A DNA stretch of 63,803 nt, filler included, from Octopus bimaculoides (taxonomy: Eukaryota): assembly GCF_001194135.2 (NCBI RefSeq). It is 6 parts of 6 records of this genome, joined end to end, with 100 filler letters (N's around TTAATTAATTAA, not from the genome) between each part and the next. Parts side by side here need not be neighbours in the genome. Positions count along the whole stretch, not along the records: positions 1 to 25,587 come from NC_068994.1; positions 25,688 to 47,343 come from NC_068981.1; 4 more parts are not named here. The stretch is one strand, 5' to 3'. Positions 24,495 to 38,310 of the stretch are shown piece by piece. The notes below the pieces were generated by a model. It searched no databases. It had not been told where the DNA came from and worked only from the letters and a program-made list of their open reading frames with translations. Within the stretch, counting starts at the first letter, position 1; the number at the start of each line of letters is the position of its first letter. The position numbers and the translations under genes were made by a program.

Positions 24495-24847
24495 GTGAAG
24501 GCGCATGGCTCAGTGGTTAGAGCGTCGAGCTTACGATTGTGAGGTTGTGAGTTCAATTGTTCAATTCCCAGACCGGGCTGTGTGTTGTGTTCTTAAGCAA
24601 GACACTTTATTTCACGTTGCTCCAGTTCACTCAGCTGTAGAAATGAGTTGCGACGTCACAAGTGCCAAGCTGTATTGGCCTTTGCCTTTCCCTTGGATAA
24701 CATCAGTGGTGTGAAGAGGGGAGGCTGGTATGCACGGGCGACTGCTAGCTTTCCACAAACAATCTTGCCTGGACTTGTGCCTGGGAGGGTAACTTTCTAG
24801 GTGCAATCCCATGGTCAGTCATGACAGAAGGGGGTCTCCTCTTCCTC
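24495..24847 (+). mobile_element. tRNA-derived SINE family C nested in a family-A SINE, 8-bp TSD
   Basis: A box tggctcagtggtt and B-box-like gagttcaatt; ccccgcca at 24487-94 and 24848-55. Confidence 0.85.
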
Positions 24848-24981
24848 CCCCGCCACCACTTGACAACCAACATTGGTTTGTCTATATTTCTGTAACTTAA
24901 CAGTTCAGCAAAAGAGAAAGACTTAAAAATACATACTGGGGTTGATTTGGTACCAAAATGAACACAGATCAAACTACTTAC

Positions 24982-25067
24982 AGGTCGAAAGGCTCGAGCA
25001 GGTACAGCTGTAGCATTTTTCTCTGAAAGATAACGTTCCCAACTAAAGTTTAATGGATCTTTCCAAT
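24982..25067 (-). CDS. l(3)mbt: l(3)mbt/L3MBTL-like exon, start of third MBT repeat ((D)WKDPLNFSWERYLSEKNATAVPARAFRP)
   Basis: Acceptor ttccatttttcag ends at 25068 and donor gtaagt starts at 24981. 86 nt, phase 1 in and phase 0 out. The FSWERYL...AVPARAF motif is typical of the MBT repeat start. Confidence 0.92.
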
Positions 25068-25587
25068 CTGAAAAATGGAAAAAGTTAGCAGAAAAAAAAC
25101 CCATCAAGCAAAACAAAGATGTGTGTGTGTGAGATTAAGTGTTTTTGTGTGTGTACTTGTGTTGACATTATGCGACGATTGTAGGCAAGCATCACCATCA
25201 TACAAGCGATGGATGTTGCTGTTTCCAGTCTTTTGTGGAAAGCCTATCTGGTATTGGGGCAATATTACTTTACTCGGAAGCATGAGGATTGGTGACAGGA
25301 AAGGCATCCAGCCACAGAAAATCTGTCTCCACAAATTTTATTTGATTCACACATGTATGAAAAAGTGAATGTTAAATGATTATATATATATATATATATA
25401 TGCGAGTAAAAATAAATACAAAAAAGGGTTTTTTTTGTATGATTGTGTATAGAGGAATATATTATTTTGTTTAAAAGAGTTCCAACACTGTCTGTTTTTT
25501 ATGTTTTATTTATATTCCTGCAGAACCAATGTGGGGTATAGAATATGAAATATACAATATATAATATAATATACAATATATAATATA

Positions 25588-25687
25588 NNNNNNNNNNNNN
25601 NNNNNNNNNNNNNNNNNNNNNNNNNNNNNNNTTAATTAATTAANNNNNNNNNNNNNNNNNNNNNNNNNNNNNNNNNNNNNNNNNNNN
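25588..25687. other. synthetic scaffold linker 44N-TTAATTAATTAA-44N
   Basis: Exactly 100 bp; five identical instances in the window. Confidence 0.95.
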
Positions 25688-25741
<54 letters not shown>

Positions 25742-27584
25742 CAGAGATTTATTTCAGCCATACTGGAGTCATCTTTCAAACTTACAGAATATCAACATTT
25801 TATAGTATATCTATTTTTAAGAAACAAAAATTACACGAGATCTTAACCAACTTTTAGAAAATACTTTTAGAAAATATTTATGAACGTCTCCCTATGAAAC
25901 TAAAATGGAGTAAAATCGTCAGTTGAAATCAAACCATTAACTTCTTGTAACTTATTGTATTCAATAACGGAGAGAGGCACATGAAATCGTGACAGGCACA
26001 TTTTATTCATATATCCTAGATGGTGGTAAACATGTTCAAGTAAAATAGTTTACGGAAAAGAGTTGGCCCTTTGATTGATAATGTGAATGTTAATATTTTC
26101 TCATTTCGTTCCTCGATGGTAGCATCCAATGTGCACTGGACAAAATATTTGGTGACCCATTTCAAGTTGTGAGTTCACATTACTTTAGAGTTGATTTTCT
26201 TTCCGCTCCTTGAAGATCAATAAAATATGTAGTACCCAAGTACCGAGGTCAACATAATGAACAATTCCCTTAGTGACAGTGTCTCAGCATTATCAAAGTC
26301 TGTTGGAAAGAAATATATTAATATGAAATGAAAATCAATATTTGACATTAGACTTCTACTTTGAACTCTTTTTAATCGTATGTTTATCATGTTTTGTAGT
26401 TGCTCCAAATGATGTTCAATTTGCAATTCTAATCGGACCTGCATAATTACATCGGTTCAAATTCGCTTGAGACTTGAAAATACTAGAGATTGTTTGGTCA
26501 CGAGTGTTACGGGACAGGAAATACCATAACGATTTTAATTTATCCTAGAATCGTTATATGTGTCCGCATCATACATGATAATTCGTAGCAACAAGTAACT
26601 TACGTCATGTACTTCAATATACATATTTGTTCATTAGATATATTTAGTTATTGGCAATATGTCAATTGCTAATGAAATGTGTTCACTCATCACATATTAT
26701 CAGCAATATAATCATTTCTAAAATCGCACCCATAGCTTAATCTAAACAGGCAAGAATAGTGTTTTGTTCTCTAGCAACGTTTTATTATTGTGAATTATAT
26801 ACCTGCATGATCCCCAAGCAAAAAATGGTGGTCCTGCCAATTGTAATGTGTTTATTAGTCTCCATTTTGCCCACGCTTTTTGAGAAACATTTTGCACGGC
26901 GTGAGAACGTAAAACTGGAAGAAATTCCACTCAACATTTTGTCCGACGTGCTAACTTGCCGCCTTTATGGTGTTATGAATAATTCTTTCTATAATGGGCA
27001 CAAGAAATAGTGTATCATTAATAATGACAGCTTATTCAGGAGATTGTTGATAGAGTATTTGTATGCTGGAACGTATATTTAAAACTTGACCAGAATATTA
27101 ATAACCAAACGTGCAACATTTGAATTAGTAATATATATTCAAATATCAATTTGCATTTACTCATAACTCGACTGTTTTTGTCTACTCAAGCATCTTAATA
27201 TATATAATCTTTTGAAACTTTCCTCCACACATAGTAAACCACAATCTATAATCGATAAGAAAGAAACAGAGTCAATTCAATTGACCTAGTAATTGACGAG
27301 TATTTTTAATCGAACATTAAAAAAAATGAAAGGAATTTTATTTCAGTTCCCGTAGTCTTTTCAATAAAAACAAATAAATACATGATCGATGAAAATAGAG
27401 ATGGGGTTAACTGTAAGGACGTAACTTTTCTCAACGATCGGCAATTTTTAAACAGCATAGAGTGTAGTAAATGATTAGATTGTATAATTTTGAATGAATA
27501 TTTTGGCCATACATGGTAGATAATACCTTTGTTAAACGTGAATTAAAGAATCAATGTAATCAATTGTTTCCAAAATAATAATTC

Positions 27585-27659
<75 letters not shown>

Positions 27660-27711
27660 CATAAATACTTCCAATGTATTCACACGATAACATAACAAAA
27701 AATGAGTTTTA

Positions 27712-28066
27712 TTCATGGAAGATGAGGCTCCATGTCATACAGCGAAAAGGAGTTAACAATGGCAGACTGAAAATGAGATCAAAAATCTTCCGTGGCCGAG
27801 CCAATCTCCTGACATGATCCCAATTGAAAATCCTTGTAGCCTACTAGATAGAGCTATACAAAATCTCGACAGAAACCTAAATCTAAAGATGAATTGTTTC
27901 GATTGTTGCGTGAAAAGTGGGCGCTCAATGCCAAAAATAGTTTTTGTATTAAAAACTCCAAAGGGAATGTCAACTAACTACTACAGTATGTAGTTCCACC
28001 TATCGATTACATATAAAATAAAATATTTTGAAAATAGAAGGTGTCTATTTACTTCCTGCATGACTG
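27712..28066 (+). mobile_element. decayed Tc1-family (DD34E) transposase C-terminus with right terminus
   Basis: FMEDEAPCHTAKRS*QW...LPWPSQSPDMIPIEN has 34 residues between D and E; ends ...tgactg followed by TA. Confidence 0.85.
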
Positions 28067-28377
28067 TATATACGTATGTATGTATATATATATATATATA
28101 TAATAGAGTTATTAATATTTCTAAGTCTCTCTAAAGGAGACTACGGCAGCGGTACTGNNNNNNNNNNNNNNNNNNNNNNNNNNNNNNNNNNNNNNNNNNN
28201 NNNNNNNNNNNNNNNNNNNNNNNNNNNNNNNNNNNNNNNNNNNNNNNNNNNNNNNNNNNNNNNNNNNNNNNNNNNNNNNNNNNNNNNNNNNNNNNNNNNN
28301 NNNNNNNNNNNNNNNNNNNNNNNNNNNNNNNNNNNNNNNNNNNNNNNNNNNNNNNNNNNNNNNNTATATATATATAC

Positions 28378-28408
<31 letters not shown>

Positions 28409-28826
28409 GAAGTGTGTATTTATGTATTGAGTGAGGGTGCTTGGCACGTGGTATTATTGTTGCACTGATGACCACGGTATCTTGATTTTAAACTCCCAGT
28501 GTAGTTGTTGTACTTGAGCGAAACACGTCACTTGACGTAGGTCATTGCACATTTCGAAACCTGGCTTGTGTAACATATCCGCTACTGAACTTGCAATGTC
28601 GATTTTATGAAAGGAGTGAACACAAATATTTGAATATTATAAGCAAATCATCTATGTGTTTGCTCAGCACCGAGAATATGTAAATATAATGTCAACTTTA
28701 GCGGAACTTGAACTTAGAACGTAAGGATGAACGAAATATAAATAAACATTTTGCTCGGTGTGTTAACGAATACTGCCAGCTCGTTGGCTTACAATAATCA
28801 TAATATCGTTTTCAAAAAAATTTCTT

Positions 28827-28877
<51 letters not shown>

Positions 28878-28935
28878 TTATGTGTAATGATTAGTAACGA
28901 CTTCCCTTATATATATATGTATATGTGCGTGTGCA

Positions 28936-28982
<47 letters not shown>

Positions 28983-29255
28983 CGCTGCTTCTGAGAATAT
29001 GTAGGCATATCTGTACAAGGTACATTTTAGATTTCTTGCGACATAAATAAAAATTCATATATGCGGATGATAATTTACATATTTTCGGAACATGTCTGTG
29101 TCTTTACAGAGCCCAAAAGCCAGAATATATACCTCGTGAACGATGATAAGCTATGAAAGACAGGCATTATTGCCACAAGTATATAAGTTTATAAATTGAA
29201 AATTAATGTATCAGAAAACGATTTGCTATGTAAATTGTTCAAAATAGAAACAATG

Positions 29256-29323
<68 letters not shown>

Positions 29324-29940
29324 TATTATTATTATTATTATCCTGCTAATACCTTGTGTCTAATCAAATGTCAACATTCAACATTCAATTTAATACAAGT
29401 TGTTTTATTAACAGAGAAATGGATAAATGGTTTTGATTGCTTCAGTTTAGTATTTTATTGCTCAAAATCTAGGTTCGAGATAATAGTAAAGATGTAACAA
29501 AGTCAAAAATGGAAGAATGCTTTTTATTCTTCAACTAGCTAGCTCCTTGCTTTGACCTTTGTGTTTTTTCGCNNNNNNNNNNNNNNNNNNNNNNNNNNNN
29601 NNNNNNNNNNNNNNNNNNNNNNNNNNNNNNNNNNNNNNNNNNNNNNNNNNNNNNNNNNNNNNNNNNNNNNNNNNNNNNNNNNNNNNNNNNNNNNNNNNNN
29701 NNNNNNNNNNNNNNNNNNNNNNNNNNNNNNNNNNNNNNNNNNNNNNNNNNNNNNNNNNNNNNNNNNNNNNNNNNNNNNNNNNNNNNNNNNNNNNNNNNNN
29801 NNNNNNNNNNNNNNNNNNNNNNNNNNNNNNNNNNNNNNNNNNNNNNNNNNNNNNNNNNNNNNNNNNNNNNNNNNNNNNNNNNNNNNNNNNNNNNNNNNNN
29901 NNNNNNNNNNNNNNNNNNNNNNNNNNNNNNNNNNNNNNNN

Positions 29941-30117
29941 GTATCAAGAGATACCACCACGCTGAAAAAATAACAGTCACATCCTGACTCTAAAACCACA
30001 ATGAATGTCCGCATGGCACGATTAGCGAAGACGAAGACGAAATAAACCAGGTCTTCGTCTTTAGAGTCAGGATATGACTGCTATTTTTTCAGCGTGGTGG
30101 TATCTCTTGATACCCTG
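29941..30117. mobile_element. Tc1/mariner-like MITE with 54-bp TIRs; left end lies in the gap
   Basis: 29941-29994 vs 30060-30113 match 52/54 inverted; right end reads ...gataccctg then TA. Confidence 0.7.
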
Positions 30118-30128
30118 TATTATAATTT

Positions 30129-30159
<31 letters not shown>

Positions 30160-30186
30160 GGAAAAAGTCAAGGTAGAAAATGCTAA

Positions 30187-30609
30187 AATAATTTTATAAA
30201 AAATATTTCAATACCGGTTTCAGTCACTGAGATTTTTTCAACTGTAAGTATTGAAAACAATTAAATATTGGGAAAAATAAACGAAAAGTATTTAAAAAGA
30301 ATCTTTGCGTAGTATTCAAATACAAGGGCCACTTTCCTTGTTTCCGCCTGTCTCTGTCTCTCTTGTTTACTCTTGTGTGTTTGAAGTCGTTGCTCGAAGT
30401 GGGTTTCGAGGTCGTTGTGACAAACCCTCAAGAGTAAACAAGAGAGACAGAGACAGGCAGAAACAAGGAAAATGTGCCTTGTATTTGAATACTATGTAAG
30501 TATACGTTTAAAATATTTAGTTTTTCCCAAAATTAATTGTTTTCCATTCATACAGTTCCCAAAGTCTCAATGACTGAAACCGGTACTGCAATGTTTTTAT
30601 AAAATTATT
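30187..30609. repeat. ~420-bp fold-back palindrome
   Basis: Inner arms 30309-30375 and 30429-30495 match 62/67; the outer arms are also inverted homologues. Confidence 0.85.
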
Positions 30610-30708
30610 ATGTGTACACATATGCAGCGTGACCTTCACACATATACAGACACATACATGTACACATATATCCATATATGTATGTATGTAGGTATGTATA
30701 TACGTACG

Positions 30709-30831
<123 letters not shown>

Positions 30832-32281
30832 GAGTGTTATCATCTCGGATGTCTGTCAACCGTAGATCGAGAGAATTTGGAAAGCATCTATACAAATTGA
30901 TACAGTTCGGAAAACTCATCAAAACCAGAATGCTTAATTTACTTTTGTTTGAGCAGTTTGCTTGTTTCCTTTTCATGTTTTCCTTTTTTTTACAATAAGC
31001 CAACCGAGTGGGATATGTTTCTATATAGAATTGAAGCAATTATGATATTTTTAGAAGACACGACTAACAGAAAACATAAAGAATACCAATATATACGTAC
31101 ATATGCACACGCACAATCTCATATACGTACACACACATACACGCACACATACACACATATACATTCATATATGTATATATGTATTTTTGCATGCAATGAT
31201 TTCCCTCATATCAAAAAAAAATTTATATTCTTTTTGATGGATGTAAGTTTGTATCATATTACAATGCCCTGCAGTGAAATTAGAAATAAACACATGCAGC
31301 GTTGGCTTCATTTTGCTTTCTAAACATATTTGTTGGCCAATTCATTCAGAATTTCAAATTATTTAGACTTTCATAGTCTTGCGCTGAAAGCCTTCCTATT
31401 TCAAATTTTTTACAAGCATGAATATTTTAGCTCAACATTAAAAGACGAAACAAGAACAGAAACAAATGACAATTAAACTGTGGAGTTCGTCACTTTTCCA
31501 TGATATACTGAGCAACTGAATTTTTTACATTTTGGGCAACATTATTTAAAGGGATATCAGTCAATAAAAGTAATCACTTCAACTTCAGCGAGAATTATAG
31601 CCCAACCTACTAAATACGCGAACCAAAATGGTCTCGAACCAATGATTAAGTTTTTTGGATTTTCACTCGACTGACTAGAAACCGAGATAGAACTTGTGCC
31701 TTTTTTACTATATCAAATAAGGAGATGACGGAAGCATGGCCCTTAACTTTTTATTACACACTTTACGAATAGGATTACTGGTTCAAATTGAACAATCGTA
31801 TTAGTTCAAATATAAAAATAGTGCGCAATAACCCCCCACCCCTCATAACGAGTTTTAACGACTATATAAGAGTATATGCCTTAAAAATCTTTCTGCTAGA
31901 TAATGATTACCTTAGGGTAATCCTTTTTTGTGTATGTTCGGTACCTACAGGAGATCGTATTGACTATTACATAGGTGCAACTGCAACCTATGCAATCGAA
32001 TCGTTAAGACGGCAGATTTGATTCGAGAATGTTTTGGCCTGCGTATTTAGTAAGATGGGTTACGTCTCTGACTGTAGTTGAAATGAGAACTTTTATTAAT
32101 TGAATATCCTTTTAATAGTGTTGCTTAAGATACTAAAATTACAGTTGCCTAGTCTAATATGAATAAGATGAAGAATCTCAAAATAAGATTGCAAGCTTTC
32201 CTTTTCTTGATTTGTCTTTAAAACTTCTTTTATTAACCGACTATCTTCATTTAGATATGGAATAAACAAATCTGGATGAAC

Positions 32282-32410
32282 TTAACTCAATTTATTTGGG
32301 CACTAAAAGATAGCAGCATGAACTATGATATCAAACGGCGAATATTGAGTAGTGCTCTACCTAATGACGTGGGCAAGATAAGGTGTGACTTGTGCCTCTA
32401 AGAAGTCTAT
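32282..32410 (+). mobile_element. Penelope-like element remnant (C-terminal part of the GIY-YIG region)
   Basis: LTQFIWALKDSSMNYDIKRRILSSALP...RCDLCL*E resembles the LSxxIWxLK...YxIxWxI...CxLCxxE pattern. Confidence 0.6.
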
Positions 32411-35400
32411 TTTGAACAAGAATAAGACATTCATTCTACTTTGTGTTCCTCTCTGCTTTTCCAGTCAATTCTTTAGTTAATAGCATATTTATTGCTTAGA
32501 ATTCCAGAGCGTTGCTTTTCTTATTTTGTCTACTTATATTTACAATACAATCTTCACTTTCAATTCCCTCAGTTCTTCTAATTTTTTGTTAGTTACTGCA
32601 TCGGTTTCCTTCACCTCTTTTAATGTACATCGTATTAGTTTTCCTCACCTTACTATATTTCATTATATTATGTTATGGCTTCTTCATAGATTCTGTTTGT
32701 TAGTATTCCTATCTGTAGCATTTTTGAAGCTGTCTATCTTAATATTTAGTAAATAGTGAAATAATTTAACAAGTCTTCAATATGTCAGTGTTTCTTTTCT
32801 ATAACTTATAAATCCCCCAACTCTACTAACAATTCAAAATCTAGTAGTAATTTCTATTGCTCTATCCCTTGTTGTGTAGAACACCATGAACATTATAGAA
32901 ATGTATCAGATTTTAATATCTTTTATGGCCAGATTTACAATTCTTTGATGCTTAATACTATTACAGCTCCCTTTCTCCTTTGCCTGCCCAGTGCTAATCA
33001 GTCACTTAAAATAGGTGACCTAGTATTCAAACAATACCATTTTGGATATAAGACATTCAGAATAACATGATATGCATCTCACTTTCTTCTTCGCTAAATT
33101 TCATTCAAAAGTGTAAGATTGTTTTCTATTTTTTTTTTCAGTTGATTGACTATAGATCGAGTGATTAATACCATTGAGCTATGGGACTAAACTGTTCCAT
33201 CGCGTATCGGAATCATACGCACACACTCAATAAATATATGAAACCCATCATCCGGGTGTATATATGTGTGTATATATGTTTCTTGGGGTTAAAACAACAG
33301 TAACATCGTCCCTTTCGGGACAGCCAGTTTATGTTGGCAAAGAGACTTTACTTCAAAGAAATGTTACTGAATATCTCTCTTTGAGAGATTTAGAAATGAT
33401 ATTTCTATATATATATATATATATAAAGAGAAGGAGAAAGAGAGAGATGCATACAAATACACTCATGCACACACACGCACACACACACATACGCACATAC
33501 ACACGCGCACGCACACGCACACACACACATACACACACACACACATTTTAGAGATTAATATGATACTGATATACGATTTCGAGGGCAGGGGACATTTGTA
33601 AGCCCAACAACAGATTGAGACACTTTGTAGAGGAGAACGCAAGTTTGTTTCCGAACTGTGAAATCTGGCTAAATATACTGGTGATCGTGAGATATATAAC
33701 AATGTGAATATAATCCTAGTTTCAAGCAAGTATGTTTATCAATTAGCTGGTGCTAAGTGTAATTTGTCCACATGACTTTTAACCAAGAAGACAGTGAGCT
33801 GCATATCATGTTATGCTGAATGTCTTATATCCAAGACATACCTGCAGAATGGTCAAGTTCCCGAATATTTAGCTGCAAGTATTCCTGAGGAAACTAAACT
33901 GACTAGAAATTCACAAGCTTGATCAATTCTCTCTGTGAGGTTTTTTACTGAAAATGCATGCACACATTACATACGATCACATATTCTACAACTCAGCAAC
34001 TGTTCATTGAAACTAAAGAACTTGCTCGGAGAGCAATGCCATGTGGAACATGTTAATACATAACCCATTTCTTTTATTCGGCAATTGATTGTTTATTGTA
34101 TATACAACTAATGAAGGAGGTTCTAATGATATCAAAGACTAATATACGCTGCTTCAGAAACACGTAACATGAAAGGAAGTCGGAGTAATCTATTTTATCA
34201 AAGTATAATTCCTTATCTATATGAATATTCCGGTTTTGTTAACGAATGTCAAACAGAAAACAATAAAAAGAAATTGTTCCTTCCTCACTTCATACGGTAC
34301 TATATTCTCTCTCATCTATTTACAATATTATTACACCATGTATTACCATAGAAGACTATCCACACTCTTTGTACTACCTGTGCTATATTTTGACGATATA
34401 ATAATTCTTCCCATCCTGTCTCCAAGTTGGCTTTCTTTTATAGTGAGAGACATATTGCTTGAAATTTCACATAACCTTTCCGCATTCAGATAGTTCATTA
34501 GTACATACATACATACATACATACATACATACACACATACATATATATACATACATATACTACAGATTTACAGAGCCTGAAGTTTTAGCGAAAGGTGTTT
34601 AACAGACTATTATTCTACCACTCCGGCGATGACATCGAATAGGAGCCAAGAATGAATAACTACAATTCTTCTGCCCCTTTTACTTCAATTGCTATTGAAT
34701 TCTTTTCAATGTAATTTTTCTTCACATCACTATTACTGCTGTTCCGTTCGTTTTGCAAATGACATGACCTGGATTTTATCAATTTTCAAATAAGTTGGTT
34801 GGTTTTTCAACTTTGACCTAACAGGTCCATAACCCCTATAGTTAATCTTACTACCATGACGTATCTGTACCGAACGATCGACTTTTAAAGCACATTAAAT
34901 CATTCTGAAAGCTCATCCGTATATTCCGAATCCGTTCAGGTCAGTATTTATTGGTAGCAATAGAAACATATTGGTATGATTCAGTGACAGTTAATAGATT
35001 AACACCTAACACAAAGCTATATGTTATGTTACGTAGCGTATACCCAATGTTTTATAGGTAACTTTAAATTATCATCTCACACTAAGAAATAAAAAGTTCA
35101 AAATAATTGTCAGACTTCTAATGAGATTAAGAACGTATTTAGATTAAATATAGTGTTATGTGTCCATCTGAGAATAATGCAATTTTATAGCGTTAAAGTC
35201 ATAATTGGCAAAAAACTTAAATACGCTACATACTACACATTGCAAGATTTTATTAATGAACATTTTGGTGTAGAACGCACATACGCACATACACGCACAC
35301 ACATGTATGTATGTATATGTAGGTATATGTATGTATGTATGTATGCGTATATATAATTTAAGAAAATATATGCATTTAATTCGTAGACGTTGGAAAAGGT

Positions 35401-37848
35401 ATATTGGTCAACTCTTTGACTATTTCTGTTACTTAGTAACACCATTTTAATATATGGTCTTTAATACATACAATATCACAGCATCACTGTATCAACCAGA
35501 TTATTAGATGATGTTTTACCCAGCCAGTGACATTGCGCGCAACCACTTTATTTATGGCACCGTCCTTTTCCAATTTGGCCCAGATCATTTAAATGAATCG
35601 TTTTAGAAGCTTTCCTGTATGCTTTTCTTGGATACAACTCGGCAATTTTGCAGATTGAATTGTTATCTGTAAACCTTGAAACATATCTAACTCAGCTAAA
35701 CATGTACCCTCGTTATTCTGAGAATATGCTTTATTCTAAACTGTCCTCTAATCAATTCGTTCCGAATATGCTGTCACAGTGACAATCCAGGTATGAATCA
35801 TTCTATGGCCTTTTGCAATGTACCTAATTGATGTTACTCCTTCGTAGTAAATTAAGTTTCACTTGCATGTGGCAGCTGTGGCTAGACGTTGCTATTGACT
35901 GAGCACGTATTTTGTTGAGGCAAAAGACTTCCGTCCAACGCCTATTCAACTCCATTTTCCAGAATTCGCAGCACATATTGTATTTCACCCATGTGGCCGT
36001 ACCTCTTTACCTCCTCTGCTCCATGCTTCCCACCTTTATCCGGCTCTGTGCTACGATGTCGATTGTATGTAGTTAATTGGTCCGCGCGTAGCCACAAAAT
36101 ACATTAAAATTTATAACACCGAACTATGTAATATTCATGTTGTATCACCTTGTAGCACAGTAAGTTAATGTTCGAGTGTGCAATATATAGAATTGTGATG
36201 GTAAGTATCAATGTATATTTTAGCATGAGATTGATTCCAAATGTGAATATCCACATCAAAGTTAACGGAAATATATGAATCATAACAATTATTAAAAACG
36301 AATTTACATAGGTTATCATTAATAATCTCAAAAGCAAATCATTTATTTAATGACATTCCATATATTCATTTATAAATATATACTAATATATAATGTAGCA
36401 GTAAAACTATTCTATATTGATTTTTTACAAAAATATGTATCACTGTGTTAAATAGTATACAAGTAGTTTGATATGATATACAGTAGAGAAATAAGGTGAT
36501 TCTACGAGTGAAAATTAGCAGATTGTTTTCATAGCTAGATTTATTCAAAGACTAGCCTATTATGCACCTGTATATCATTTATTGACCTGAAAATCGACAC
36601 GAACCACAAAAGGAGGACGTGATAGTGTAAACATGGCAATAAATAGTGTAAACAGGGCAATAAATAACATATTGGATACATGGGAAAATTATAATAAATT
36701 AAGACACAGCTCTAAGTCATTCCGTGTCTTGTAATATCAAATAATTTTGCAATAGAAGGCCATGATATATTTAGAAGAATACTTAACCTTATCATGTAAT
36801 TTGATATTTAATAAGTTAATAAGTTCAAAAATCTGGGGACTAAAACAGTGCGTATTAATACCACTTTACTAGCAACATCGTGTACTTATAATGAGCAATA
36901 TAATTATACTACATATTCGAAGCACAAATCAAATCAGGATGCATTATTTGAAGATCAAACATAAAGTAGGTCAATTATATTCCCACTGAAATGAAACGTC
37001 TCATTCTTTTCCTTTCTCCTGATTCTACGAACAAGCAAACAATACACTTTATGCACACACATACAGGCACGCACACATACACAGACGCACACGCACACAC
37101 ACACAAACGGACAGACACACCCATACACATAAATGTATACTGAGAGGGGGGAGGACAATAGATAAACAGAGAAAATTGATACAAAGATCGATGGGAAAAT
37201 AGTTATATATTAAATATCATTAGCATCATTATCATAAGTGTGGTTGCTGTGATTTGATCTAATATACAATGAGAACAATTTTGATGGAGTCTAGTAACTT
37301 TAATTAGAAAATAATTAATATTTGATTAAACGACTTTTATAATGTTTAATCTCTAATTATCAATTTAAATAGGCATTGTTATATAGATTCATGTGTAGAA
37401 AATATACGAGTCATTTATAAATGAATGTAGACTGCGTATAAATTTCAACACTTGTATGTTTAACAAGTATTTTATTTACCTCGTCTTTATGCTGTGTTTC
37501 CAGCTGATTCTTATGTATTTAAACCTATCGTCTTTTTTAGTTTCATTAACTTACAATGTAATTTGACTTTGGTAGATATTTAGCCAAAATTACCTATTCT
37601 ACCTCAGTGCAACATTCCTCAGATCGCTTTTAATTATTACGAGGTTCCCCGACACTTCTATAATAAACTGTCTCAACTTTTGTTACACTCTGATATATAT
37701 ATATNNNNNNNNNNNNNNNNNNNNNNNNNNNNNNNNNNNNNNNNNNNNNNNNNNNNNNNNNNNNNNNNNNNNNNNNNNNNNNNNNNNNNNNNNNNNNNNN
37801 NNNNNNNNNNNNNNNNNNNNNNNNNNNNNNNATATATATGTATGTATG

Positions 37849-37882
<34 letters not shown>

Positions 37883-38310
37883 TATATTCTTTCATATGTG
37901 TGTGCATGTGTGTGTAAGGGTGTATATACATGTGTCCATATGTATATGTATATAGGTGTGCGTGCGTGTGTGTGCGTGTGTGAGTGTGTGTAAATATATA
38001 TTGAGTTGTAAGTAATTTCGTTTTTCACAAACAGACATAGTTACGATTTTTTTTAATGACTTTTGTCTATGTTATTATTCTTTTCCCTTTTGACATTTGG
38101 TAGCCGTTATGTTTAGCTTACTTTAGAAGCAATATAAGGGAGATAATAATAACTGTTAGGAATGATTATGCTTTTTTAGTTTAACCTGATTTGGTTTTGT
38201 TAGTATAAAATGTTAGGAATTGTTAAGTTTTGGTTTCTATTTTTCAATGAAGTAGGTTTTCTTATTTAGTGTAACTTTTGTTGGTGTTACCGATAGTGGA
38301 AGCAGGTGGT

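Noticed and set aside
26217-26444. 75-aa minus-strand ORF with an apparent acceptor
   Set aside because: Overlaps a decayed family-B SINE tail and shows no MBT similarity.
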